Positions 1-9,024 of a DNA stretch of 59,645 nt are shown here, piece after piece. Numbering within the stretch: position 1 is the stretch's first letter; each line of letters starts with the position of its first letter. Below the pieces are notes generated by a model, which did no database searches, was not told the origin of the DNA, and saw only the letters and a program-made list of their open reading frames with translations. Source of the stretch: a virus (taxonomy: Duplodnaviria; Caudoviricetes); IMG/VR virus record IMGVR_UViG_3300037478_000826, positions 1 to 59,645 of that record; one strand, given 5' to 3'. The translations under genes were made by a program, and so were the position numbers.

Positions 1-129
1 GTGCCGCCCCCATCCCCCCAGCGGCGCCGCCCCTGCTCCGGTCGGTTCGTGACGGAGGCAACCCGTGATCCACGAGCTAGACGTGGCGCGTGCGCGCCGC
101 AGTTGCGAGCCGTTGCTGGACGTCCTACA
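1..129 (+). repeat. Terminal direct repeat copy 1 (circular assembly overlap)
   Basis: Matches 59517-59645 except A/G at repeat position 127. Confidence 0.95.
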
Positions 130-472
130 GCGCGCCATGGTGCGGGCCGGCGTCGACGGCGGCCACGACCACACCAGGGTCGCGAGCGTGGCGGCCAATT
201 CGCTGCAGCGGCTCCACGATCTCCTGATGGCGAGCTGCGACGCCGAGGGGCTGCCGGGCGAGGTCGCGGACGCCATGTTCGAGTCACTGGGCGCCACGCC
301 GCCATCGCGCGACGTGCGGTCGCCGCTGGCCGACACCGACCGCTCGCGCGCCATCCGGGAGGCGGAGGCGCAAGGCGATTGGCTGGAGCGCGATCGACTG
401 CTGCGCGAGGCCGAGACCGAAGCGCTGGCGCGGCGCGAGCACGCCGACACTGAACCACCGGAGGAAGCATGA
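65..472 (+). CDS. Hypothetical protein
   Basis: GGAGG SD then GTG; GTGA overlap with 59177..59584 across the junction; ATGA overlap with next gene. Confidence 0.75.
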   Translation: MIHELDVARARRSCEPLLDVLQRAMVRAGVDGGHDHTRVASVAANSLQRLHDLLMASCDAEGLPGEVADAMFESLGATPPSRDVRSPLADTDRSRAIREAEAQGDWLERDRLLREAETEALARREHADTEPPEEA

Positions 473-696
473 GCGACGATGCCGGCGCCTGCGACTCGGC
501 CTACTGCGTCTGCTACGACTGCGGCTCTCCGTGCCGTGGCTACACCGAGCGACACACGTCGCTGACCAGCCTCGGAGAGCCGACGCAGTGCTCGGTGTGC
601 GTGTGCGAGCAGGAGGGCGCGCACGAGGTGGCGGAGGACCAGAGCGGCGCGGCCTGGTGCGAGCGCTGCAGCGCGGACTTGGGGGTGATGGCGTGA
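469..696 (+). CDS. Small Cys-rich (zinc-binding) hypothetical protein
   Basis: Several CxxC/CxC motifs; coupled start/stop. Confidence 0.65.
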   Translation: MSDDAGACDSAYCVCYDCGSPCRGYTERHTSLTSLGEPTQCSVCVCEQEGAHEVAEDQSGAAWCERCSADLGVMA

Positions 697-998
697 CGGC
701 GGCGGCGCAGATCGCCCGGCTCGCGTGGTCCTTCCCCGTGCTGTCGCCCCACCTCCGTGAGCTGGCGATCGGGACCGACGGCACCGGCTGGAGCGCTAGG
801 CGCTTCGACTCTCACCTCGCGCGCGCCACCTTGTCGGGATCGGGGTCGTGGGCCGCTGCAGCCTTCGTGCTGAACGTCTGGAACGACTCCCTCGAGTGGA
901 AGTGCGGCCCCTTCAATCTCGGGAACGCGATGCGACGCTGGGACAACGGGCACCGCGCCGCGTTCGCGGCGTGGGCAATGAATCCGGTGCTGCCATGA
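693..998 (+). CDS. Hypothetical phage protein
   Basis: GTGA overlap; globular Trp-rich sequence (FVLNVWN...WDNGHRAAFAAW). Confidence 0.7.
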   Translation: MTAAAQIARLAWSFPVLSPHLRELAIGTDGTGWSARRFDSHLARATLSGSGSWAAAAFVLNVWNDSLEWKCGPFNLGNAMRRWDNGHRAAFAAWAMNPVLP

Positions 999-1234
999 CG
1001 ACGGCACACGTCGGCCTGGATGGGCAGCCGTGCCAGTGCACGCCCGCGGGGCGTCGCAAGGCGCGGCGTGGGTGTCCCGCGCGCTGTCCCTGTCACAACG
1101 TACCGCACGCAAAATGTCCGGCGGCCCATCCGTGCATCGGTGGCTGCGGTCGACTCACCACAGCGTTCGAGGCCACTGCGTGCGGCTACTGCGTGCACTG
1201 CGCTGCCGACTGCCGCTGGGTGGAGGTTGCATGA
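995..1234 (+). CDS. Small Cys/His-rich protein
   Basis: ATGA coupling on both sides; many Cys. Confidence 0.55.
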   Translation: MTTAHVGLDGQPCQCTPAGRRKARRGCPARCPCHNVPHAKCPAAHPCIGGCGRLTTAFEATACGYCVHCAADCRWVEVA

Positions 1235-1593
1235 GCGCCCCATCTCTCAACGACGTCCTGAAGGCGCACGGCCTCACGACGCGGCCCGACCGCCACCACC
1301 GCAAGCACATCATGCGGGGCGACGAGATCGTTCTGACCGGGACCGCCGACACGGTGTGGCAGTGGCTGCGGCACCGCCGACTGTGGAACGACGTCGATCT
1401 CGACACGGCGCTGGTGGTGCGGAACGGAGACCGGCACGGGCTGGCACGCTGCACGTGGGGCGAGTTCTGCCGCGACAACGATCTGTCGGGCGACGACGCT
1501 GGCGAAGTGCTGCTGGCCCTGCAGCTCTACGGCACCGCGGAGTTCGGCGGCGGCGCTGAGCCGCTCATCACCGTCGAGGTGGCGCCATGCTGA
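1231..1593 (+). CDS. Two-module hypothetical protein, permuted paralogue of 58313..58696
   Basis: GGAGG SD; shares SLNxVL..GLTT..VWxWLR and CTWGEFCxDND..FGGGAxP modules. Confidence 0.75.
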   Translation: MSAPSLNDVLKAHGLTTRPDRHHRKHIMRGDEIVLTGTADTVWQWLRHRRLWNDVDLDTALVVRNGDRHGLARCTWGEFCRDNDLSGDDAGEVLLALQLYGTAEFGGGAEPLITVEVAPC

Positions 1594-1940
1594 CGTGCTG
1601 CACCTGCATGGCAGTGATCGCCGACGTCGAGGCCGTGCGGCGGTGGCGGTGGCGCTGCCCGTGCGGCGGGCGCATCGGACGCGTCGTTGCTGCTCGCGGG
1701 GACGCGCTCGTGGCGGAGTTCGAGAGCGAGAGCGAGCCGGGACGCGTGCACGTCGCGGTTGCGACCGCCGAAGGCGAGGGCCTCACGTGCAGCTGCCGCG
1801 GCTGGACCAGTCACCGGCGCTGCTGGCACACGGAGGCGCTGCTGTCGCTGGCGCGAGCCAGAGCTGAGGCGCGGACGCGGGTGCGGGCGCTACGCGAGCG
1901 CGCCACCACGGAACCACCACCGAGCGAGGGACGACCATGA
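1587..1940 (+). CDS. SWIM zinc-finger protein
   Basis: CSCRGWTSHRRCWH fits SWIM CxC-xn-CxH, preceded by FESES-GRVHV strands. Confidence 0.7.
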   Translation: MLTCCTCMAVIADVEAVRRWRWRCPCGGRIGRVVAARGDALVAEFESESEPGRVHVAVATAEGEGLTCSCRGWTSHRRCWHTEALLSLARARAEARTRVRALRERATTEPPPSEGRP

Positions 1941-2389
1941 GCGAGGCACACAGCGACGCCCACGTCGACGCAGCCGAGCGAGCGCGCGAGCGACGCCAGC
2001 ACACCTACCCGAGTCCGACCCGCTACGAGGGTGAGTGCTGCGCGTGGTGCAGGCTGCCGGTCGACGAGCGCGGCGAGTGCGACTCAGCCGAGTGCTGCGA
2101 CGCCCACGAGTGCAGCAACGTGCTGTGCAGTCGACCGCTGTGGACCCCCGAAGAGCTGGCTGACGGCTGGTGCGAGCGCTGCGGCTGTACCGTGTGCGGC
2201 AAGGCGCCGTCGACGACGCGCGACCAGAACGGCAACGACGTTTGCGCGGCCTGCGCCAGGAGGGCGGCGCGCGCGGCCTTGAGGGCGGCGGGGTGGCGGT
2301 ACGCCGGGTATGGGTGGTGGCGCCGCACGGCTGGCGGCCCGACCTGCACGGAACGAGAGGCGCTGAGGCGCGCGGGGGTGTCGCCGTGA
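1937..2389 (+). CDS. Cys-rich multi-zinc-finger hypothetical protein
   Basis: At least five CxxC motifs; ATGA coupling. Confidence 0.65.
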   Translation: MSEAHSDAHVDAAERARERRQHTYPSPTRYEGECCAWCRLPVDERGECDSAECCDAHECSNVLCSRPLWTPEELADGWCERCGCTVCGKAPSTTRDQNGNDVCAACARRAARAALRAAGWRYAGYGWWRRTAGGPTCTEREALRRAGVSP

Positions 2390-2661
2390 CGCTCCTGGCC
2401 GAGCGGAGCGCCTTCCGCGCCGCCCTCCTGGAGCTGGCCGAGGCGGTCGAGCACCACACTGAGTGGAAGTGCCCAAGCGGTCGCGCCCGCGCAGCCCTCA
2501 GCGCCGCGTGGCAGTTGCTCGGCGACCACGAGAAGGCGCTGGCAGCGCAGCGCGCGGGATGCGCCGAGTGCGGCGGCACTGACGGGTTCGCACTCGGCGA
2601 CGACATATGCGAGGCGTGCGCGACCATGGGCACAGTTCCGCGCGCGGGGGTGAAACCTTGA
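2386..2661 (+). CDS. Hypothetical protein with C-terminal CxxC..CxxC
   Basis: GTGA coupling; CAECGG...CEAC. Confidence 0.6.
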   Translation: MTLLAERSAFRAALLELAEAVEHHTEWKCPSGRARAALSAAWQLLGDHEKALAAQRAGCAECGGTDGFALGDDICEACATMGTVPRAGVKP

Positions 2662-2906
2662 GCCACATCGAGACACGAGACGGCGCCGCTGCGTACCTGT
2701 TCGCCGCCTACAACGAGACCGACCACGCCGCTCTGCTGGTGAACAATGCGAGGTCGTCGTTCGTCCAGGACGACCTCGAGAAGTCGATCGCCGATCTCAA
2801 GCTTGCGCTCGTTCCGGCCGGCCGCAGCGCGAACCGCATCCAAGATGCGATCGACTATCTGGAGAGGCTGGCGGCGGCCGAGTTGCTGGAAGCGAGCGAG
2901 CCGTGA
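2658..2906 (+). CDS. Hypothetical protein
   Basis: TTGA coupling; helical composition. Confidence 0.55.
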   Translation: MSHIETRDGAAAYLFAAYNETDHAALLVNNARSSFVQDDLEKSIADLKLALVPAGRSANRIQDAIDYLERLAAAELLEASEP

Positions 2907-2949
2907 TCGACTACGACTTCAGCCAACTGGGACCAGCAGAGGTGTCGCC

Positions 2950-3195
2950 TTGAGCCGCGTCCTCGACGTGCTGCTGGCCGGCGGTCGCGTGGTGCTGTCG
3001 CACGACGACAACGCCGGCATCATCGCCACCCTCGACGGACTCGACGACGACGCGCCTATGCTGGTCGGACCCGCCATCGTGATACGCGGCGCCGGAGCCG
3101 ACATCGACGCCGCGCTCGACAACCTCAGCGACAACCTCGACGGCCTCAGCGGGCCCCTCGACCAGCGGTTGCGCGCGCGGAGGGCGGGCCGATGA
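2950..3195 (+). CDS. Hypothetical protein
   Basis: TTG start after GAGG; ATGA overlap with the methyltransferase. Confidence 0.5.
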   Translation: MSRVLDVLLAGGRVVLSHDDNAGIIATLDGLDDDAPMLVGPAIVIRGAGADIDAALDNLSDNLDGLSGPLDQRLRARRAGR

Positions 3196-4760
3196 GGCCG
3201 CCCATCATCCGCGCGTCGCTCGACCTGCTGCCGGGGGAGATCGTAGCCGACAACTTCGCCGGCGGGGGCGGCGCATCGATCGGGCTGGAGGCCGCCATCG
3301 GTAGACCCGTCGACATCGCCATCAACCACGACCCGGAGGCCATCGCGATGCACCGCGCCAACCATCCCGAGACGAAGCACTTCCTCGAGGACATCTGGCA
3401 GGTTGATCCACGCGAGGCGGCGGCGGGGCGTCCCGTTGGTCTGGCGTGGTTCAGCCCGGCATGCACCCACTTCTCGAGGGCGCGCGGATCACACAACCCG
3501 CGGAGTGCTGACATTCGCGGTCTCGCCTGGGTGATAATCCGGTGGGCCGAGGCGGTGAAGCCACGCGTCATCTACGTCGAAAACGTGGAGGAGTTTCAGA
3601 CGTGGGGGCCGCTCGACGACGACTGCCACCCGATCAAGGCGCGCGCCGGGGAAGACTTCCGCGCGTGGCTCGCCAAGCTGGTCGACCTCGGCTACGCCGT
3701 CGAGTTCCGCTCGCTGGTGGCGGCCGACTTCGGCGCGCCGACTACGCGCAAGCGGCTGTTCCTGGTCGCGCGCTGCGACGTCCAGCCGATCGTGTGGCCC
3801 GAGCCGACGCACGGTGAAGGCCGCACCGAGCCGTGGCGCGCCGCGGCCGAGATCATCGACTGGTCGCTCCCGTGTCCGTCGATCTTCACACGCAAGCGCC
3901 CGCTCGCCGATGCGACGATGAATCGCATCGCGCGCGGGATCCAGAAGTACGTCATCGGGGCGGCGCAACCGTTCGTGATCCCGGTCACGCACCAGGGCGA
4001 CAGTCGCGTCCACGGCATCGGTGATCCACTCCGCACCATCACGGCCGCGCACCGCGGAGAGCTGGCGTTGGTGTCACCCTTCGTGGTGCGGCACGGCCAC
4101 TACAGCCACCGCACGGGCGCGGGCATGCGCGATGGCTGCGGCGCCGGGGTCTTTCGCGGGCAGCCGCCCGAGACGCCGTTGGCCACGGTGTGCGCCACCA
4201 ACGACGACAAGCACGTGGTGGTGCCGTTCCTCACGCGCCACTACGGCGGCCCCAATGGCAACCACGCCGTGGGCTCTGCCGCGAGTGATCCGGCGGGCAC
4301 GGTCACGGCGCGCGACAGCAACGGTCTGACGGCCGCCTGGCTGACGAAGTTCTACGGCACGTCGACCGGCGCGCCGATGTCGTCGCCCGTCCCGACCGTG
4401 ACGAGCGGCGGCAACCGAGGCGGTGGCCACATCGCTCAGGTGCAGGCATTCCTGCTCAAGTACAACCGGCCCGGCGGGGGCAAGCAACTGGGCTTGCCGC
4501 TCGACACGATCACCACCCGCGACCGCTTCGCGCTCGTGACGATCCACGGCGAGCCGTACCAGATCGTCGACATCGGGATGCGGATGCTCCAGCCGTCAGA
4601 GCTGTTTGGCGCGCAGGGGTTCCCTGGCGAATACGACATCACGCCGCACCACAACGGCAAGCCGCTCACCAAGACGGCGCAGACGCGGCTGGCCGGCAAC
4701 TCTGTGTGCCCGCCCGTCGCCAACGCGGTCGTGCTGGCGAACGCGGGAGGTTGGCGATGA
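3192..4760 (+). CDS. DNA cytosine-5 methyltransferase
   Basis: Motif I FAGGGG, catalytic SPAC(T)HFS, ENV, RKRLF, C-terminal GNSV; repeated PLxTIT segments in the variable region. Confidence 0.93.
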   Translation: MRPPIIRASLDLLPGEIVADNFAGGGGASIGLEAAIGRPVDIAINHDPEAIAMHRANHPETKHFLEDIWQVDPREAAAGRPVGLAWFSPACTHFSRARGSHNPRSADIRGLAWVIIRWAEAVKPRVIYVENVEEFQTWGPLDDDCHPIKARAGEDFRAWLAKLVDLGYAVEFRSLVAADFGAPTTRKRLFLVARCDVQPIVWPEPTHGEGRTEPWRAAAEIIDWSLPCPSIFTRKRPLADATMNRIARGIQKYVIGAAQPFVIPVTHQGDSRVHGIGDPLRTITAAHRGELALVSPFVVRHGHYSHRTGAGMRDGCGAGVFRGQPPETPLATVCATNDDKHVVVPFLTRHYGGPNGNHAVGSAASDPAGTVTARDSNGLTAAWLTKFYGTSTGAPMSSPVPTVTSGGNRGGGHIAQVQAFLLKYNRPGGGKQLGLPLDTITTRDRFALVTIHGEPYQIVDIGMRMLQPSELFGAQGFPGEYDITPHHNGKPLTKTAQTRLAGNSVCPPVANAVVLANAGGWR

Positions 4761-5527
4761 GCAGCACGGGCCGCGGCGCGATCCGGGTCGACAACGACTA
4801 CTACCGCACGCCAGCAAGCGCCACACGCGCCATCCTGCCGCACCTCGATCCGCCGCTGTGCGTGCTGGATCCGGGCTGCGGCGACGGTGCCATCGGCGCC
4901 ATCGTGGGGCCGCACTTCGGCGTGTTGACGATCGGGATTGAGATCGACGAGCGCATGGCGGAGCGGGCGCGGCGGTCGCGCGACAACGCCACTGGGCTGC
5001 GCCACTACGACACAGTCCACTGCGCCGACTACCTAGGTGGAAGCGAGGGCCGGCTGCCGGAGAGTGGCCAGCTCATCATCGGCAATCCGCCCTTCAAGCA
5101 CGCGATGGAGTTCGTGCGGCGGTCGCTGGAGCTGGCGGGGCCCGACGGCACAGTCTGCATGCTGCTCCGGTTGCCGTGGATGGCGAGCAAGGGCCGCGCG
5201 TCGCACCACCGGCGCCACCCGAGTGACGTGTTCGTGTTGCCGGTGCGGCCGTCGTTCTGCTGGACGCACACCTATCTGCTGCGGTGCGGGGCCTGCCGAG
5301 ACGTCGTGCGATTTGTCGAGACGGTGGCGTGCGGCGTCAAGGCCGACCACGTGCGGGCGCACAGCTGGCTGGCCGGCGGTGGACCGGTGGTGCGGTGTCC
5401 GTGCCCAACGCCGCTGACTCACCACCGAACCACCACCAGCACGGCCGACTCGTGCGACTACGCGTGGTTTTCGCATGGCCCCGGCGCCACGCGGCGCTGG
5501 ACGGTGCTGGCAGGACCGAAGGAGTGA
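4757..5527 (+). CDS. Amino (N6-adenine/N4) DNA methyltransferase with inserted zinc-ribbon-like segment
   Basis: DxYxTP, LDPGCGDG SAM motif, GNPPF catalytic motif, DYAWF end. Confidence 0.85.
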   Translation: MSSTGRGAIRVDNDYYRTPASATRAILPHLDPPLCVLDPGCGDGAIGAIVGPHFGVLTIGIEIDERMAERARRSRDNATGLRHYDTVHCADYLGGSEGRLPESGQLIIGNPPFKHAMEFVRRSLELAGPDGTVCMLLRLPWMASKGRASHHRRHPSDVFVLPVRPSFCWTHTYLLRCGACRDVVRFVETVACGVKADHVRAHSWLAGGGPVVRCPCPTPLTHHRTTTSTADSCDYAWFSHGPGATRRWTVLAGPKE

Positions 5528-5529
5528 CG

Positions 5530-5754
5530 ATGGCGAATCCACTGCACGAGTTTCAGCCCGGCGTGTTCGCGCGCCTCCACGAAGAGCGCACCGTCGAGGG
5601 GCGGCTCTGGGTCTACCGCGGCGCGCGCGGGTGGTTGAGCCCCCGCGCCGGCGACGACGACGACGACCAGCCGCCCGAGCTGCAGACGCGGCGAGACCGC
5701 GGCGCGCCCGCCTACGGGACCTACCTGCGGCCGCGGCTTGGAGGTGGGGCGTGA
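5530..5754 (+). CDS. Hypothetical protein
   Basis: AAGGAG SD, ATG. Confidence 0.5.
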   Translation: MANPLHEFQPGVFARLHEERTVEGRLWVYRGARGWLSPRAGDDDDDQPPELQTRRDRGAPAYGTYLRPRLGGGA

Positions 5755-6023
5755 CGGACGCGAGGCTTCCCTGGCACGACGCGCCGTTCCACGCGTGTCG
5801 CGACGGGACACCCGGACCAATCGCGCCCGTCCACGACGGTCCACGACCGCTAGACGTCGTCTGCGGCGACGAGCTGCGACACCTGCGCTGCTGCGCGTGT
5901 GGGTCCGACTGGTACGAGGACAGCCTCGTAGTCGTCGTCCAGGCGTGGTGGAGCCTCGGCGCGTACCGGGGGCAGCGGGCCGCCCTCGACGACCCGCGGC
6001 GCGATCCGCACGAGAGCTACTGA
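5751..6023 (+). CDS. Hypothetical protein
   Basis: GGAGG SD, GTGA overlap; CCAC motif. Confidence 0.55.
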   Translation: MTDARLPWHDAPFHACRDGTPGPIAPVHDGPRPLDVVCGDELRHLRCCACGSDWYEDSLVVVVQAWWSLGAYRGQRAALDDPRRDPHESY

Positions 6024-6102
6024 CGTCCGACCTATCTGCGTCCGCGGATTTGCGGACTGATTACCCAACACGCTGCCCGGCAGCACAGGAGCGAAGAGAA
6101 CA

Positions 6103-7287
6103 ATGGCGACACCATCGAACCAACTGGCACAGCGCGAGTCCGAGAAGCTGCGCGACATCGGCGGCTCCTTCCGATCCGCCTCACAGTGCAACCGACGCCT
6201 CGCGTGGGCGGCAGAGTCCGCTCACCTCATCGCGCCCATGACGTCGGTCGGCGACCTGCAGGAGGGCTTCGCGCTCGCGTTTTCGATCGTGCACGTCGAC
6301 ACGCGCGACATGCGGGACGGCGGCGAAATCTACAGCGTCGGCGGCAACAAGTGGGGGCTCGGCAAGTCGGTGCTGGATCGGATCGCGGCCGCGGCCGGCA
6401 TCTCGTGGGACCCGGTCCTGTCGCGTCGCCTCGACGATGGCAGCAATCCCTACTACGTCCACTTCCGCGCAGTCGGCCGCGTGAAGAGCTTCGACGGCGA
6501 GGAGCGGTTTGTCTCGGGCGAGAAGGAGATGGACCTGCGGCCAGGCTCGCCGCAGATCCAAGCCCTGGAGGCGCGGCTCACGACCGGCGGCACCATCGAC
6601 AAGCAGCTGCGCGAGTTGCGGCTGCACGTGCTGGCGCACGCCGAGAGCAAGGCGCGCAATCGAGCGATCCGATCGCTCGGCCTGAAGGCCAGCTACGTCA
6701 AGGCCGACCTCGCCAAGCCGTTCGTGGCGACTAAGCTGGTGTGGACCGGGCAAAGCGACGACCCGGAGCTGAAGCGCATCTTCGCCGTCGCCGGCATGGA
6801 GAAGGCGCTGGGGGCGCGGCAGGCGCTGTACGGTGCCGAGCCCGTCGCGCCGCAGCTGCCACGCGGTGACGCCCCGCATGCGCCACCCCCCGTCGGCCGC
6901 AGCGTCGCCGTCGCCGAGGACATCGACCTCGAGCTCGACATTCACCCACGCGTCGTCGATGCGCCGCCACCCTCGCCACGTGGATCACGGACGGCGGGCG
7001 CGTCGGGCGTCGTGGTGCCGGGCAAGAAAGGCAAGTACGCCGGCAAGCCCATCGAGGACGCCGACGACAAGACGCTCGAGTGGTGGTGCGGCACCATCGG
7101 CAACAAGCTCGAGGCGGGCGAGGTCGAAGAGCGCTTCCGCGCGAAGGACGCCGCGCTCGTCGAGGCCATGCGGGCCGAGTTGGCGCGCCGCAGTGGCGGG
7201 GCCGCGCCCGACGCCGACGCCGACTGCGACCCAAACACCGGCGAGCTGGTGCCGCCAGATGCCGGCGACGCGTGGGAGCCGGCATGA
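6103..7287 (+). CDS. Putative recombination / single-strand annealing protein
   Basis: Globular N-terminal domain, Pro-rich linker and acidic DPNTGEL-type tail; directly upstream of SbcD. Function inferred from context. Confidence 0.5.
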   Translation: MATPSNQLAQRESEKLRDIGGSFRSASQCNRRLAWAAESAHLIAPMTSVGDLQEGFALAFSIVHVDTRDMRDGGEIYSVGGNKWGLGKSVLDRIAAAAGISWDPVLSRRLDDGSNPYYVHFRAVGRVKSFDGEERFVSGEKEMDLRPGSPQIQALEARLTTGGTIDKQLRELRLHVLAHAESKARNRAIRSLGLKASYVKADLAKPFVATKLVWTGQSDDPELKRIFAVAGMEKALGARQALYGAEPVAPQLPRGDAPHAPPPVGRSVAVAEDIDLELDIHPRVVDAPPPSPRGSRTAGASGVVVPGKKGKYAGKPIEDADDKTLEWWCGTIGNKLEAGEVEERFRAKDAALVEAMRAELARRSGGAAPDADADCDPNTGELVPPDAGDAWEPA

Positions 7288-8486
7288 TCGCCTTCATTTC
7301 CGACAGCCACTTCGACGCCGCCCCGAACGGGCGCCTCGCCGAGTGCATCCGGATCCACGATTGGATCGCCGACGACCTGGAGCGCCGCGCCGCCGAGCGC
7401 GACAACCTCGAAGTCATCATCCACGGCGGCGACGTCTTCGAGCGCAAGAGCGTGCCCCAGGACCGGAACGCCGTCGCGGCCTGGCTGCAGCGCCTCGCCG
7501 CGATCGCGCCCGTGTTGCTGGTGCGTGGCAACCACGATCAGCCAGGCGACCTGGCCATCTTCGCCGAGCTGAAGGGCGACTGCGAGATCTTCGTCGACGA
7601 GGTGGCGGGCGTGCACTCGTTCTCGGGTGTCGACGTCGCGACGCTGCCGTGGCCCCGCAAGGCCGAGCTCCTGGCGGCGTTGGGGCGCGACGTCGCCGGC
7701 GAGGAGACGGGCGCGATCGCGCAAGAGGCGCTGCGGTCGGTGCTGCGCGGACTCGGCGGCGAGATGCGGGGCGCGGCCCCCACGGACGCCAGCCCGCCCA
7801 GCGTCCTGGTCGCGCACGCGATGGTGCGCGGGTCTCTGACCAGCACCGGTCAGCCGCTCGTCGGCCACGACATGGAGCTGAGCCTCGACGACCTCGCGCT
7901 CGCGGGCGCCGACATGGTGCTGCTGGGCCACATCCACATGCCGCAGCACTGGAGCTGGGCCCACGACGAGGGCGCCATGCCGATCGTCTACGCCGGCAGC
8001 CCGCGCCGGACCGCCTACGGCGAGGTGGAGGCGAAGGGTTACGTGTTGGTCGACTTCGATCGCCTGTGCGGCCGCTGGATGCCGCGATGGGAGCGCGTCG
8101 AGACGCCGTGTCAGCCCATGGTGCTGATCGAGTACAGCTGGGACGGCGGCGCCTTCATGCGCGGCGGCCACCAGTTGCACGAAGAGGGGCGCGGCGCCGT
8201 GGAGGGCGCCGACATTCGTCTCCGGTACCACGTCCCAGCCGACCAGCGAGACGCGGCGCGCGCTGCCGCTGCCGAGGTGCGGGCTGGGCTCCTGGAGGCC
8301 GGCGCCGAGCGCGTCACGGTCGATGAGTGCGTCCTGCAGACCACGACGGCGCGCGACACGACGGTGGCGGCGGCCAAGACGACGGCGGACAAGCTCACTG
8401 CTTTGTGGGCGCTCCGCGGCGACGACGTGGCGCCGGAGCGGCGCGCCCGCGTGCTGGGGCGACTGGCAGAACTGGAGGCGACATGA
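7284..8486 (+). CDS. sbcD: SbcD/Mre11-like metallophosphoesterase nuclease
   Basis: SDSH, GGDVF, RGNHD, AH, LGHIH, YAGS motifs. Confidence 0.9.
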   Translation: MIAFISDSHFDAAPNGRLAECIRIHDWIADDLERRAAERDNLEVIIHGGDVFERKSVPQDRNAVAAWLQRLAAIAPVLLVRGNHDQPGDLAIFAELKGDCEIFVDEVAGVHSFSGVDVATLPWPRKAELLAALGRDVAGEETGAIAQEALRSVLRGLGGEMRGAAPTDASPPSVLVAHAMVRGSLTSTGQPLVGHDMELSLDDLALAGADMVLLGHIHMPQHWSWAHDEGAMPIVYAGSPRRTAYGEVEAKGYVLVDFDRLCGRWMPRWERVETPCQPMVLIEYSWDGGAFMRGGHQLHEEGRGAVEGADIRLRYHVPADQRDAARAAAAEVRAGLLEAGAERVTVDECVLQTTTARDTTVAAAKTTADKLTALWALRGDDVAPERRARVLGRLAELEAT

Positions 8487-8782
8487 TCAACCACTTGGAT
8501 GCGGATGTGCGGGATGTAGCTGCGGCGCTGGGTGATGCCGCGTTGGCGGGTGGGTTGTCGGACGGCTACCACCGGGCAGCCGAAAAGGCCCTCGGTAGGC
8601 TGGCCGCCCGCCTGGATCTCCACCGAGATCTGATCGAGCGGACAAAGGCTGTCGGCCACGCCGCCAGCTGCCCAGCCGTGGTGCGGCTCCAGCCCGATCG
8701 GGTCACGATGGCGGCGCATGGGCCCTGCGACTGTTGGCACGCGTCGCTGGCCGCCACGCTGGCAGAGCTGGAGGCGACATGA
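8463..8782 (+). repeat. 24-bp direct repeat (8463-8486 and 8759-8782) flanking an inserted ORF
   Basis: CTGGCAGA(A/G)CTGGAGGCGACATGA twice, one mismatch. Confidence 0.85.
8483..8782 (+). CDS. Hypothetical protein (inserted cassette)
   Basis: GGAGG SD plus ATGA coupling; HxxxC...CxC. Confidence 0.6.
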   Translation: MINHLDADVRDVAAALGDAALAGGLSDGYHRAAEKALGRLAARLDLHRDLIERTKAVGHAASCPAVVRLQPDRVTMAAHGPCDCWHASLAATLAELEAT

Positions 8783-9024
8783 CGTACACGATCGACATCT
8801 TCGACGACGGCGGCTCTGGACTCGGCATCACGTGGGAGGTCGACACGCGCGATCCAGATTGGCGCGATCAGCTACCGGGGCCCGCCGAGTTCGCCCCCGT
8901 CATCGACGAACACCTCGGCGTCGCCCAATCGCCAACCATCGAAGGCGCCGCGATGGTGCTGCGCCGCCTCGGTTACGATCGATACGCAGACCTGCTCGAC
9001 CTCCACGCAGCGGGGGCGTCATGA
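8779..9024 (+). CDS. Hypothetical acidic protein
   Basis: GGAGG SD plus ATGA coupling. Confidence 0.6.
   Translation: MTYTIDIFDDGGSGLGITWEVDTRDPDWRDQLPGPAEFAPVIDEHLGVAQSPTIEGAAMVLRRLGYDRYADLLDLHAAGAS

Noticed and set aside
6040-6057. Inverted repeat GTCCGC-N6-GCGGAC upstream of the recombination genes
   Set aside because: Short arms, no U-tract and no second copy; may be chance.
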